Source: Octopus sinensis (Eukaryota). From it: a stretch of DNA of 33,000 nucleotides. The stretch lies in NCBI RefSeq assembly GCF_006345805.1, contig NC_043012.1, positions 36,580,001 through 36,613,000 of the forward strand, read 5' to 3'. Shown one piece after another: positions 11,868-22,410 of the stretch (position 1 is its first letter; every line of letters starts with the position of its first letter). A program made the position numbers and the translations under genes. Below the pieces are notes generated by a model that saw only the letters and a list, made by a program, of their open reading frames with translations, was not told the DNA's origin and searched no databases.

Positions 11868-12022
11868 CAGGGGTGGACGCAAGGAGGGGCCTGAGGGGTA
11901 CATGCCCCGCTCAAGAAAAACATGTGCCCTTCTAAATAATGTTATTACAGCCTTTTCTCCTGGAATTGTATTCACTTTTGACCTTGTGCCTTCCCTTCGA
12001 AAAATTCCTGGGACCGCGCCTG
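11868..12022. mobile_element. Possible MITE with GC-rich imperfect termini
   Basis: Left CAGGGGTGGACGCAAGG versus reverse complement of the right end CAGGCGCGGTCCCAGG; no clear TSD. Confidence 0.4.
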
Positions 12023-12051
12023 ACTTATATATACTACAAGATTCTTTTAGT

Positions 12052-12520
12052 CTCTGTCCACCATACCAGTGGCACATAAAAGGCACCATTCGAGTGTAGT
12101 TGTTACCAGTGTTGTCTTACTGGCACTCTAGCCCTGTGCTAGTAGGGTGTTAAGAGCACCATCTGAGCATGATCGTTGCCAGAGTGGCTATCTGGCCTCC
12201 GAGCCAGTGACACATAAAAGGCACCATTCGAGCGTGATCATTACCAGCATCGCCTTACTGGCATCTGTGCTGGTGGCATGTGTAAAAAGATTCGAGCGAG
12301 GTCATTGCCAGTACCGCCTGGCCCCGTGCCGGTGGCACGTAAAAAGCACCCACTACACTCTCGGAGTGGTTGGCGTTAGGAAAGTCATCCAGCAGTAGAA
12401 ACTCTGCCAGATCAAGATTGAAGCCTGGTGCAGCCATCTGGTTCGCCAGCCCTCAGTCAAAATCGTCCAACCCATGCTAGCATGGAAAGCGGACGTTAAA
12501 CGATGATGATGATGATGATG
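12052..12520 (+). mobile_element. RTE-related non-autonomous retroelement, family 3: 5' tandem monomers + core + (GAT)n tail
   Basis: Ends ...CCAACCCATGCTAGCATGGAAAGCGGACGTTAAACGATGATGATG. Homologous copies at 26821-27170, 30869-31045, 31248-31342 and 31653-32120, with decayed copies near 10630, 15660, 17690, 27430 and 32760. Confidence 0.85.
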
Positions 12521-12751
12521 AAATCCACAAACACAGCTTTGGTTTGCCATAGTAGAAGGCACCAACCCAAGTTGCCCCAAGGTATGTGTATGCACTGTAT
12601 TTGCTTAATATCAAAATACTAGACATTTACTGAACTACATATTAATCCCATGCATTAAATTAAAATATTTTTATAATGAATTGAGACTCATTTACTCTAT
12701 ATATTTAATAATGAGGGTTGGTGCTCTGCATAAGGCAAACCAGGCTGTCAC

Positions 12752-12796
12752 CTGGGGTACAGCACAAATTCTGAACAACTTCAAAAATTTCTTCAT
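12752..12796 (-). CDS. Candidate 45-nt exon (EEIFEVVQNLCCTP if phase 1-1)
   Basis: Strong TTTCTTGTTTTTAATTAG acceptor and CCCCAG/GTGACA donor, in unique sequence. Confidence 0.45.
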
Positions 12797-13039
12797 CTAA
12801 TTAAAAACAAGAAAGCTTAATTATGAAGACAACGGGTGAGGTTGTCCCGGGACAGATGGGTAGGGAGGGATGAGATAAGAAGCCTATGGGGTATTATAAA
12901 CTGTCACATGATTTGTTTTGAAACATTTCAAATTCTACCAGATATCAGGTTAACTTGATTATGTGCAGGATCATAAAATTATACACAATGTAAAGAGGGT
13001 GGTGGCTGGAGGAATACGTAGGAAAAAAACTGGAGAAGG

Positions 13040-13345
13040 AAGCACATTTTACAGGGATGAATGAGTAGGATGCACATTATAGGGATGAAAGAAAGGGGTG
13101 TGTACTTTAGGGTAGGAGAGGAGTATGCACTTTATGGAGTTGGGAGAAAGGAGAACACAATGAAGGACTAGGAAAAAAGGGCATATATTCAAGAGCTTGG
13201 GGACTAGCAAGGGGTGCATATTGTCAGGCTGGGAGAGGGGTGTATACATTGTAGGGCTGGGAGAAGAGGGTGCATATAGAGCGAGGAGAATGGAGAACAC
13301 ATTGCAGGGCTGAGAGAGAAAATGCACATTATAGGGCATAGGGCT
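13040..13345. repeat. Diverged ~28-31 bp purine-rich minisatellite (GGGTGCATATTGTAGGGCTGGGAGAAGAG-like, ~11 units)
   Basis: TGCAC/TGCAT-ATT-TAGGG motifs recur at ~30-bp spacing. Confidence 0.75.
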
Positions 13346-13390
13346 TGGAGAAGGAAGATGTGGACTATCAAGACAGGAACCCTGCTAATG

Positions 13391-13760
13391 TCTCTATATA
13401 TATAAATGGCAAAATGTCTGTCTGTGTGTGTGTCCTTTATACAAATCCACAATTTTTCAGTTAGAGGGCACGCACTTTCTATGGTCATTCAAAACCGTCC
13501 AAGGGTGGTCGTGCACATCTTTACATTTCCCCAGTCAACCCGCAAAGCCATTAAAAAATCAATAGAAGTGACTTTTTTTGTCAATTTTCTATCCAAAACC
13601 CAATCAAAATGCCTGAAACGTGATATGCCAATTGAATGCCAGCTAGGTGTATGTGATTGGTCGGGGGGTTTGGGCAGTACTCGTATGTTAGAGTGCACAC
13701 ACACAGCTGTATATGCATGCACTAGTACTATGACCCAGCAGCGCTGGGTCATAGTGCTAG
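13391..13760 (+). mobile_element. Non-autonomous Helitron
   Basis: 5' TCTCTATATATATAAA followed by a (GTCT/GT)n tract. 3' 13-bp perfect hairpin ACTATGACCCAGC-agc-GCTGGGTCATAGT (13727-13755), then CTAG (13757-13760) and T. Confidence 0.8.
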
Positions 13761-14644
13761 TAATTAATATTTTACATTTAGACTCTGAAGGGACCAGCTT
13801 TATTGTTTTGAAAACAGATTTCCATCTGTCAAATCTGCTTAATTCTTAAATGACTGACCACTTTGAAAAGCCAGTAAGATAGATATGTAGAATATCACAA
13901 AATGCTTTGTGGTGTTTAGTTACATCCCTGTATAACAAGAGCAAATGAGAGCTCTGTCATTACTTGACTTGCTAGAAATAACAGCCAGCTCTCTCGTATA
14001 CGACATTCTACTATCTTAAAGATAGAAGGGCAAAATGGACAACCTCATCTTTGGTTTGTGAAAAAGATGAGATGAATGTTCGTCACGGGGCTGCTTGATC
14101 AGGGCTGACTTAGGGCTAAATACGCCAGCAAACTTAGTTTAACCCTAGTTGCCATCAATGATTCTATCTTCCATTTCTCTAGAGTAAATAAGTACCAGTT
14201 ATATATTGGTGTTCATTCAAACATCTTTACCTCCTCCCCTCAATTTATGTCCTTGTGCCTGTGCAAAAAAAAAAAATTAAGAATATTTGACAGCCTCTGC
14301 TTCTTAGAACTGGCTGGTCTTGTACTTCTTCCACCCAAACACCTGTAACCTGTTGGCCTCTCCACCTCTCATCACCCTTGTTGCACCCTATTCCCCCACC
14401 CCTTCCCTGCACTAGCCACTATTTCCAATCCTTCTTCCCCAAGACACCTTCCTTTGGAGTCTTCTTGCTGCTCAGGTGTTGACCAGCAACACTTTGAACA
14501 GAACATCAATGACATCAAACTCACTGGTCTTGGAAAAGGGCCTGCAACAGTCAAAGCCACTGCCCCTTCCTCCACAAACAGTGAAAAAAACAGAAACCAA
14601 AAAAAAAAAAGAAGAAAACAGGCAAATTAAAGAAAATCCAAGTT

Positions 14645-14888
14645 TTATCTTTTACTTGTTTCAGTTATTAGAGTGTGGCCATGCTGGGGCACCGTCTTGA
14701 AAACTTTTAGTTGAATGAATTGGCCCCTGGACTTATTTTTATTTTCAGCCGGATACTTATTCTATCAGTCTCTTCTACTGAACCACTAAGTTATAGAGAC
14801 ATAAACACATCAACACTGCTTGTCAAATAGTAGTGGGGAGTGGGGGGGCAAACAGACACAACCACACACATATATCTGTATCTATCTA

Positions 14889-14957
<69 letters not shown>

Positions 14958-15330
14958 CCAAGAGGCTTCTTTCAGTTACATCTATCAAATCCACTCAAAG
15001 GGCTTCAGTCAACTATAGCGGAAGGCATAAGGCGGTGAGCTGGCAGAAACGTTAGCACACCAGGTGAAATGCTTAGCCATATTTTGTATGCAATTACATT
15101 CTGAGTTCAAATTCCGCCGAGGTCAACTTTGCCTTTCATCCTTTCGGAGTCGATAAATTAAGTACCAGTTACGCACTGGGGTCGATATAATCGACTTAAT
15201 CTGTTTGTCCCCTTGTGGGCAGTAAAGAAATATATAGCGGAAGACATTTTTACCAAGATGCTACACCATGGGATTGAACCTGGAACCATGTGGTTCCGAA
15301 GCAAACTTTTTACCACACTGCCACACCTGC
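14645..15330 (-). mobile_element. Decayed family 1 SINE interrupted by a family 2 SINE
   Basis: Tail and body at 14645-15024; the head resumes at 15233-15330. Confidence 0.8.
15025..15232 (+). mobile_element. Family 2 SINE nested in a family 1 SINE, with 11-bp TSD
   Basis: TATAGCGGAAG at 15014-15024 and 15233-15243. Confidence 0.9.
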
Positions 15331-16076
15331 ACCAACAGTTTGGTCATTTATTTCTCAATTTGGTTCTGCATTCTTCACAATCAGAGTCGACTTGGTTTTT
15401 CCTCATCTTTCTGCAGTTTGATTAATTAACTACAAGTTGCTGTTTAGCCCCAGGTTATCTCTCAGCAGACTAATGATGACCAAAGGATTGTTTCCTTATC
15501 TTCTTAGGATAATAGAGTTTGATTTGAGAAAATTTGGCTGTTGTTTCTAGCAGGTAAAAATACTCTGTAGCAGCTCCCTGGTTGACTTGTGTATCATTCA
15601 ACATCATCTTTGTCATCTTTATTTTATATCTTTCACATTCTAGCATGAATGAAAATGGTAATCTCTTTATGTCTGCTTTTCCATGCTGTCATGAGTTGGA
15701 TGAGTCCTCATAGTCTAAGTCAATTCTTGCTCTGAGTTACAGCCCTCCTATGTTACATTTATGGTATGGTTTCTATGGCTGGATGCCTTTCCTGACAGCA
15801 ATCTCCTCAGAGTGTGCAGGGTCTTGCAGGCAAATTGAGACCAAATTTTAGCAGGTGGCTTAATGGGTTTGACATCCCATTTTTGACAAACCTTGCTTGC
15901 TTGAAAATCTATTCCTCCTCTTTACTTTTCAGATAAATTGCAAACTGATTTGAAAACAGAATGTCATCGAATAACAAAATTGTTCTGCAATCATTGTTTT
16001 GGCATGCATCGTGCATGCTGCCAATAAAATTGTCAAGTTGACGAAACTTCCAAAAGCAACAGTTTATTGTGTGTAT

Positions 16077-16488
16077 TGTTGTTGGCATCCTTTTTATCTT
16101 GGGAGACAATGGAGTTGCGCATAAAATAGTCTAGTCCGGCTTTTACATTTCATGTCCTGATACATTTCCTGCTGTGGCTGTGTAGTCCTATCCTGGACAA
16201 ACACTCCTACAGGGTTACGGAAAGGAGACAACCTTCAAAGAAATCCCGAGTGGAGCCCCGAAGGTGGTTTAGTGTTCGACTCGACACTCTTCCGGCAGCT
16301 CCTGCAACCAAGCTGGTGCCAAACGTAATGCTCTGCACTCCTTTGGACTACATCAGCAAGGTCGAGAGAGGAAACCTGACGATTGGGCTACCCAGGACTT
16401 TCTTATCTCTAGCTCAGGCCTGCGCAAAACTGGAGAGGACACTTCAGTGCTGCTGTAAAAAGCTGCAGAAACAACACGGGAGGTAACA
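16077..16488 (-). mobile_element. 412-bp internally deleted RTE-clade element with 8-bp TSD
   Basis: GTGTGTAT at 16069-16076 and 16489-16496. The minus strand carries an RTE-type 5' region (GCTGATGTAGTCCAAAGG...CGTTTGGCACCAGC..GCAGGAG) and an RTE-type 3' end (GCGCAACTCCATTGTCTCCC...GGATGCCAACAACA). The RTE assignment is from recall. Confidence 0.75.
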
Positions 16489-16673
16489 GTGTGTATAAAC
16501 AATTTTAAAAAATGGGAAATATTGATAGAAAAGAACATAAGACTTGAAGTAATTCCAAGCACAATCCAAAGTTTTCCAATGGCCTCAAATGCTCAACTGA
16601 AGCCAACCCATCCACGACCACTCTTGCAAAGAAATGCAATGTGTCCTTTCCTTGGTGTCCACAGCTGTGAATG

Positions 16674-16804
16674 TTAGTTAGTTAGTTAATTTGGCTCAAG
16701 AGCAAATAGCAAGGCCATGTAGGGGGACATGGAGTTAAGTACAGGGTGGTGTTCATGTAAAGAGTTCAGGCCACTTGAGGTCCTTGGTGTGACCAGCTGT
16801 GTTC
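16674..16804 (-). mobile_element. Short 5'-truncated LINE-like 3' end with (TAAC)n tail
   Basis: TTAGTTAGTTAG tail at the left; interrupts the transposase between two AATG tetramers (16670-16673 and 16805-16808). Confidence 0.55.
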
Positions 16805-16989
16805 AATGATACTGCCACTTCCTAACAGCCAAGGCCAAAGCAATCAGAGCCATGAGATACCCAAAGCATCAAGCTTTCTTGTTTGTGAATGAGTAGAAGT
16901 TCACTGTGAATGCCGAGGTGAACCACAGAAATTCTCCAGTGATTGCAAACAACCTTTCTGACGCCCCCCTGTGTTTGAGACTATTTACA

Positions 16990-17117
16990 CTTACCCTAAA
17001 AATAACCAGTTACATCTTTGAAATCTTGAAGCCATGAAATAATGCATGATCAATTGAAAACAATGTGAATAAATAAGCATTACATTTGAAAAAGTGATCC
17101 GAATGCTAAAGGGTTAA
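16990..17117. mobile_element. Right part of a TTAA-flanked MITE (AATGCTAAAGGGTTAA end)
   Basis: Homologous to the right half of the MITE at 26621-27200. Confidence 0.7.
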
Positions 17118-17318
17118 AGAAACATAGGGGCTCCCATCGAAATTTCATGGCTAATTTCATGGGGTTCCAAACCCCAACTAAAAGGAATTGAAACAAACGT
17201 CACGCATTTCAAAAGAAATAATCTAACTAAAAAAGGTTAATTTTAAAACCTAGTTTTGTTTAGCTTTCCCTGCAAAGTGCACAATTCCTTATTCAATCTC
17301 CAGTGCTTCTGTAATCTT

Positions 17319-17545
17319 TTAAACTCTTTTGATACCAACTTACTTGAGACCACCCCTGATTCTATGCGATAAGATTCTCATTTTATAGTGATCTCAGTTA
17401 AAACTTCTTAGAAAATTTCTTGTTAATTTATTCTGGTCATCAGCTTAATAACAACAAAGTTATTCCACTAAATTCTTCGTTATTTTCAAAATTAATTCAA
17501 ACAAATGCAGTGTGTGACAACAAAAAATATGGAAATAAAAGTTAA
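17319..17545. mobile_element. TTAA-flanked MITE, same family as 9138-9371
   Basis: TTAA at both ends; shares GATACCAAC...GAGACCACCCCT and CAGCTTAATAACAACAAAGTTATT motifs with the ~10439-10630 copy. Confidence 0.6.
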
Positions 17546-18312
17546 GGGTCTAAACATGGCTTGACAAACTTTTGTTTTTCATGTTTCTAGCTGAAGGAGT
17601 GCCACTGTTATTTAGCTTCTAGTGAAGAGGATGCTTGAATTACACCAAAGTAATTTAGTAAAGTATAATATGATGAATAATTAACAATCATCATCGTTTT
17701 ATATCTGCTTTTCATGCTAGGCTGAATGGGTCATTATGGCCCAAATCAGTTCTTATTTGGAGACAGACTGGAGAACCATGTCTCATTCATATGTTCCATT
17801 ATGGCATAGTTTTACCAGCTGGATACCATTCTTAACACTAAACAGGTTACAGTGTACTGGACGAATTTTATTGTGGCACCAGCACTAGTGAGGTTATCAT
17901 GTCTTTAGACATATTAAAGGATCCTTTCAATTCTACATTGTCCCCACTCATTTGTTAACCACTCAACACAGTTTGCTGAATGCATTTTATTGTGGCACCA
18001 GCACTAGTGAGGTTGTTTTCTACCCTGTTACCCTGAAGAGTTTTCACTATTCTATGGTGTCACTGTTCATTGAACATAACATGATTAGAACAGTGAACAG
18101 AAGTGAACATTAACAGAACTAGGAGGAGTAGGTGGTAGTTGAGGGAGTAACGGAAGAGAGAAAGAGAGAGTAAAAGCCACATATCTGTTGATGAAAAAGC
18201 GTGAATAAGGGATATCAATAATTAAAGTCTGGGAAAGAGGGAGTGATGGCTGGCAGCACAGAAAGAGAGATGGTAGGAAGTTTCACAAATGAACAACTCT
18301 GATCCCTCATAC

Positions 18313-18497
18313 ATAGGCATCTTGCTAGAAGAGAGAGGTGAGGATAGTGTTAGGGGTTGTACTGAATATGGTGACGTCCAATACAATCCTTCATCAGGAT
18401 GACACACTTCAGTGAACAGGAGAGATCCATTGGTGTCCTTAGTTATATGAGCAGCGGCAACCATAAGGATGTTACCAGGAAATAATTTAACAATATT
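18313..18497 (-). CDS. Candidate coding exon: NIVKLFPGNILMVAAAHITKDTNGSLLFTEVCHPDEGLYWTSPYSVQPLTLSSPLSSSKMP
   Basis: Part of a 94-codon open frame in unique, non-repetitive sequence with protein-like composition. T-rich acceptor region (TTTGTTTTGCAAGAG; exact AG ambiguous, 18499 or 18497) and CCTAT/GTATGA donor. Family not recognised. Confidence 0.55.
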
Positions 18498-18573
18498 CTC
18501 TTGCAAAACAAATACATAAACATAAGGACAGTTATGATTCTTTCTTTTTTCTTCAACATAGATTTATCAGGGA

Positions 18574-19067
18574 CTAGTAGGACCCATGAATATTTCACGG
18601 AATAAAGGGTAAACTTATTGGGTTATTTCTGAAAACTTTACCCAAAGAAAAAAAAAAACTGAAAGTGTAGCCTGTGTTGTGTCTGTATCAAAAGATAGTC
18701 TCTCATCTGTTAATCATTGAAAAGCGAAAGAAAATGAAATATGATGATTAATTAATGCACTCTGTATATACATATACACTATAATTTATGCACAATTTTA
18801 AAAACTTAATACACAGCACTCTCCCTTTCGCCTTCTTCCTTTTTTCTCTCTTCTTTTTCTTTCTCACTCTTTGCCTTTCCCTTCAACTAATCCTGTGAAA
18901 GCGTTGCAGACGGGTTAAGTAACAGAGGAAAAAAATTTATTTAAAAAAGGAGAAAAACTACACATTTCTCTCACCCCCACCTTTCCCTCCTCTCCCTTCA
19001 ACTAATCCCATGAAAGCGTTAACGGACGGGCTAAGTAACGGAGAAATAAGCAGGATTATTATAAGGA
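18574..19067 (-). mobile_element. Non-autonomous Helitron
   Basis: On the minus strand: A|TCCTTATAATAAT 5' end, 3' hairpin CCGTGAA-ATA-TTCATGG, then CTAG|T. This is a canonical A-T insertion site without TSD. Internal 115-bp-period duplication of CCCTTCAACTAATCC..TGAAAGCGTT. Confidence 0.8.
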
Positions 19068-19290
19068 TAGTTATAGCTTATCAATTCAGTGCTCCTCGAA
19101 TGTCGGGTGCTTATGTTATCAGCCTCACAATGATGTAAACTCTGGCAAGGTTTGCGTGAAGCCATTACAGGAACGAATGTGTAAAAGACGAAGACAATCA
19201 CCAACAGATTCCAACATTTAAAGGCCTTCAAATATACTCCTCCTCGTTGTTCGACCATCTTCTACATTCACAACAACAAGTCTCTTTTTT

Positions 19291-19561
19291 ATTTTTACCT
19301 TCTACATGTTTCAGTCATTAGAGTGCGGCCATGCTGGGGGACAGCCTTGAAGGATTTTAGTCGAACAAATCGACCCCCAGTATTTATTATGTTTCTGGAA
19401 AACCTAGTACTTATTCTATCAGTCATTTTTGTCGAACCACTAGGTTACAGGGACGTAAACACACCAACACCAGTTGTCAAGCATTGGTGGTGGACAAACA
19501 CACACACATACACGCGTATGCCCGCATGGAAAACGGACATTAAAAGATGATGGTAATGATG

Positions 19562-19600
<39 letters not shown>

Positions 19601-19751
19601 GACGGGCTTCTTTCAGTTTCCGTCTACCAAATCCACTCGCAAAGCTTTGGTCAGCCCGAAGACACTTGCCCAAAGTGTCACATAGTAGAACTGAACCCGA
19701 AACCATCCATATGGTTAGCAAGATTCTTACCACACAGCCATGCCCGCGCCT
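19291..19751 (-). mobile_element. Full-length family 1 SINE, CpGs largely intact
   Basis: Same head, core and tail as 7941-8363. Confidence 0.9.
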
Positions 19752-20679
19752 CTGCTTTTCACAACCACCTCTGTCCCACTAAATGTCACCCTCCTTTTTT
19801 ATCACCCATTCCGCGTCACTCATCTTAGACCCCAACCGTCTTTTTTTATCCAGTCCTTCTTCTCCTAGGGCATTAAGCCCTTGTAATTCTCTGCCTATCC
19901 ACAATATTTCTCCCCAAGTTAAACGCCAACTTCATCAGTCTGACCAGCCGTTGAAGATCCGAGTTAGTCATCGGCAGACTTTGCTCATGATCTCAACAAA
20001 AAAAAAAAGGAAAAGAGGAGATACCGTAATATATGAATGTCTACAATTGCTTCTGTCTTCCTTTTCACCAACCTTAGGGACTATCGAATTAATAGAGAGG
20101 TTGAGAAAAGACGGTGGATGGTAGAATAGGGTGCGCACAGCTAAATAGTGTACAAGTTATTTTAGTTAACAATCAGAGTTTAATTCCAATAGTCAACTGC
20201 TTTTTCACTAATTTGTGGGTCGTTGATGAAACAACTTACCAGTCGAATAGTTGAGTTGGTATAAAATGTAGCTTTGAGTCTCGACAATTTCTAACATAAG
20301 GCAAAGGCCCATTTGTTTTTGAGAAGTTAGTGAATAAATCGACTCCGGTAATTTGACTTATTTTATTTTATTTTATTGACACGGGGGTGATAAAATGCAA
20401 AATCGACCCCCGAAAGAATTGAAAACAACAGGACGAGGACTAAAGTAACAACCACAGGCCCACTGTGTTCAACGACATTGAACCAATCGACTACTTTGAT
20501 GCTCCACTGATTCTACAAACCTACGACTTTGATAACAATAATTATTTTAGCAAGGAAGTTCTTCGTGTTCTATTTTTTTTTTTTAGCGCTACTCAATTGG
20601 ACAGTTTTTCTAAAGTAAATGTCTCCCTCCACACAACTTCAACAAACAAAGCAACTTTGGTAAGTGTAAATGTTCTCAC

Positions 20680-20742
20680 AGGATCCAGATATAGCTCTGT
20701 TTGTGCGCCAACACCAACATTGCAGTCAGGTGTCAACACAGT
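20680..20742 (-). CDS. Candidate 63-nt exon (TVLTPDCNVGVGAQTELYLDP, phase 0-0)
   Basis: ACATTCAG acceptor and CCT/GTGAGA donor; only one frame open; phase-compatible with 25664-25708 and 18313-18497. Confidence 0.35.
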
Positions 20743-20994
20743 CTGAATGTATTAAGGTACCAATCACGGCCAGAGTGAAATAAAATACTAATACAGTCAT
20801 AATGTAATTGTCAACACTTTTTAATGTGGTAAGGTGTTAATGCAGCTTTATAGTGTAAATAAAATAGCACGAAAGGCATGGGGTAACATAGTAAGGTACC
20901 AACACAAGTCAGATAGTTTTAATGTTGTAAGGGAATAAACAGGTATAGTGTAATAAACAATCCAACACAGGTATAGTGTAATCAGGTGCCAATA

Positions 20995-21360
20995 GGAGTG
21001 GCTGTGTGGTAAGTAGCTTGCTTACGAACCACATGGTTCCGGGTTCAGTCCCACTACGTGGCACCTTGTGCGAGTGTCTTCTACTATAGCCTCGGGCAGA
21101 CCAAAGCCTTGTGAGTGGATTTGGTAGACGGAAACTGAAAGAATCCCGCCGTATATGCATATATATGTGTCTGTTTGTCCCCCAACATCGCTTGAAAACC
21201 GATGCTGGTGTGTTTACGTCCCCGTAACTTAGCAGTTCAACAAAAGAGACCGATAGGATAAGTACTAGGCTTACAAAGAATAAGTCCTGGGGTCGATTTG
21301 TTCGACTAAAGGCGGTGCTACAGCATGGCCACAGCCAAATGACTGAAGCAAGTGCAATAA
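20995..21360 (+). mobile_element. Full-length family 1 SINE, CpGs largely intact
   Basis: GGAGTGGCTGTGTGGTAAGTAGCTTGC...GGTTCAGTCCC head, then core and TGACTGAAGCAAGT tail. Confidence 0.9.
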
Positions 21361-22004
21361 AAATATCAACGCAGTTTTAATGTGAAAAGGTACCAACACA
21401 ACCATGAAAGCTTTCCAACGGATTGTAGTGGCACATGGCGGTTCCCGATGTATTTCTATTTAATATGTGAAACGTTACAGCGAGACGTGTTTTCCTTCGA
21501 CCATATTACAATTATAGGTGGATGCCAACAACAGCTTTAATATTATGATTGTAAGTAGTAGATTTAATCCGTCATCGGCTTTAAATCCACCACCCGGCCA
21601 TCTGGGTATCTTTAGTCTAATATATTTTATTAGAGGTGATCGTACCAGGTCTTCTGTTTGAGGACATCACGTTCCTTTCCTTCCCTGAAAAGGACCGGGG
21701 GTCGCGGCCCCTTATCGTCTGAACGAGAAGCCACGAGTAAATAAAATAAAAGGTGAAAGTTAACCAATATTGTTCTGGTGTGTTACGAAGGTCGATGAGA
21801 CTTGATGGGGTTAAGAAGTCCAGCCGGGAGGGAGGGGTCATGTGTCAAAGGTCAATTGACAGAGGATGGGAAGCTTCCGTGGACCCACCACGGATCGTTT
21901 GGAATGGAGTTAAGATCCAGAGAGGAAGGAAAAAGACAAAATAGCTCGGTTACATAACGGATGTCGACAGGAAAGAAAGAAACCCAGTGTTGTTATTATT
22001 AGTA

Positions 22005-22410
22005 GTAATAGCAGTAGCAGTGGTAGCGGTCAGTGATTTTTGTTGTTTTAGAGTAGAGCTACGGTTAAAGGTATTCCACCCATGACTATCACATCTTTTT
22101 TTTAAAGCTATCTTGGACGTTTCTATTATTTAATGTATCCTGTCGTTATATAAGACGGCCGGGTGAGATTTTAAAGTTTAACTGCTATTTCTAGTAGAAC
22201 GGACGACTGCGCTCCCCTCCCGAGATCGACAACGATGGTAGCAGTAAGTGGTGGTAGTAGTCACAGTAGTAGCAGTGGAGTAACAGGAATAGTTATAGTG
22301 GATGTAGTAGTAGGAGTAACAAAATAGTAGTGGTAGGAGTAGTAACGTAATGCTGGAGCAAGTAGCAGCAGCAGCAGAGACGTGGTGGTGGTAGAAGTAG
22401 GTATAACTGA
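22005..22410. repeat. Degenerate (GTA/GCA/GTG)n trinucleotide tracts flanking a family 5 fragment
   Basis: AGTAGTAGCAGT-type runs seen directly. Confidence 0.8.

Larger units (their letters stand above)
15961..16980 (+). pseudogene. Decayed Tc1/mariner transposase (N-terminal HTH to first catalytic Asp region), in three pieces: 15961-16076, 16497-16673, 16805-16980
   Basis: Removing the insertions gives ...ANKIVKLTKLPKATVYCV|YKQF*KMGNIDRK...EANPSTTTLAKKCNVS...|HFLTAKAKAIRAMR...FLFVNE*KFTVNAEVNHRNS. These match the HTH 'P.ATVY' and the 'F.DEKKFTV...N..N' motifs of mariner/maT transposases. A possible left end CAGGGTCTTGCAGGCAAATTGAGACC lies near 15817. Confidence 0.75.

Noticed and set aside
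12537-12581. Plus-strand exon-like segment with strong AAG/GTATGT donor (LWFAIVEGTNPSCPK)
   Set aside because: Its reverse complement matches the family 1 SINE core (CCTTGGG…CTTCTACTAT…CCAAAGC…GTGGATTT).
18562-18609. Plus-strand exon-like segment (IYQGLVGPMNISRNK)
   Set aside because: Coincides with the hairpin-CTAG terminus of the Helitron.
20587-20659. Plus-strand exon-like segments with strong sites (20587-20659; also a CAG/GTAAGT donor near 23150)
   Set aside because: I could not chain them into a plus-strand gene, and exon candidates elsewhere favour the minus strand. Not excluded as an antisense or divergent transcript.
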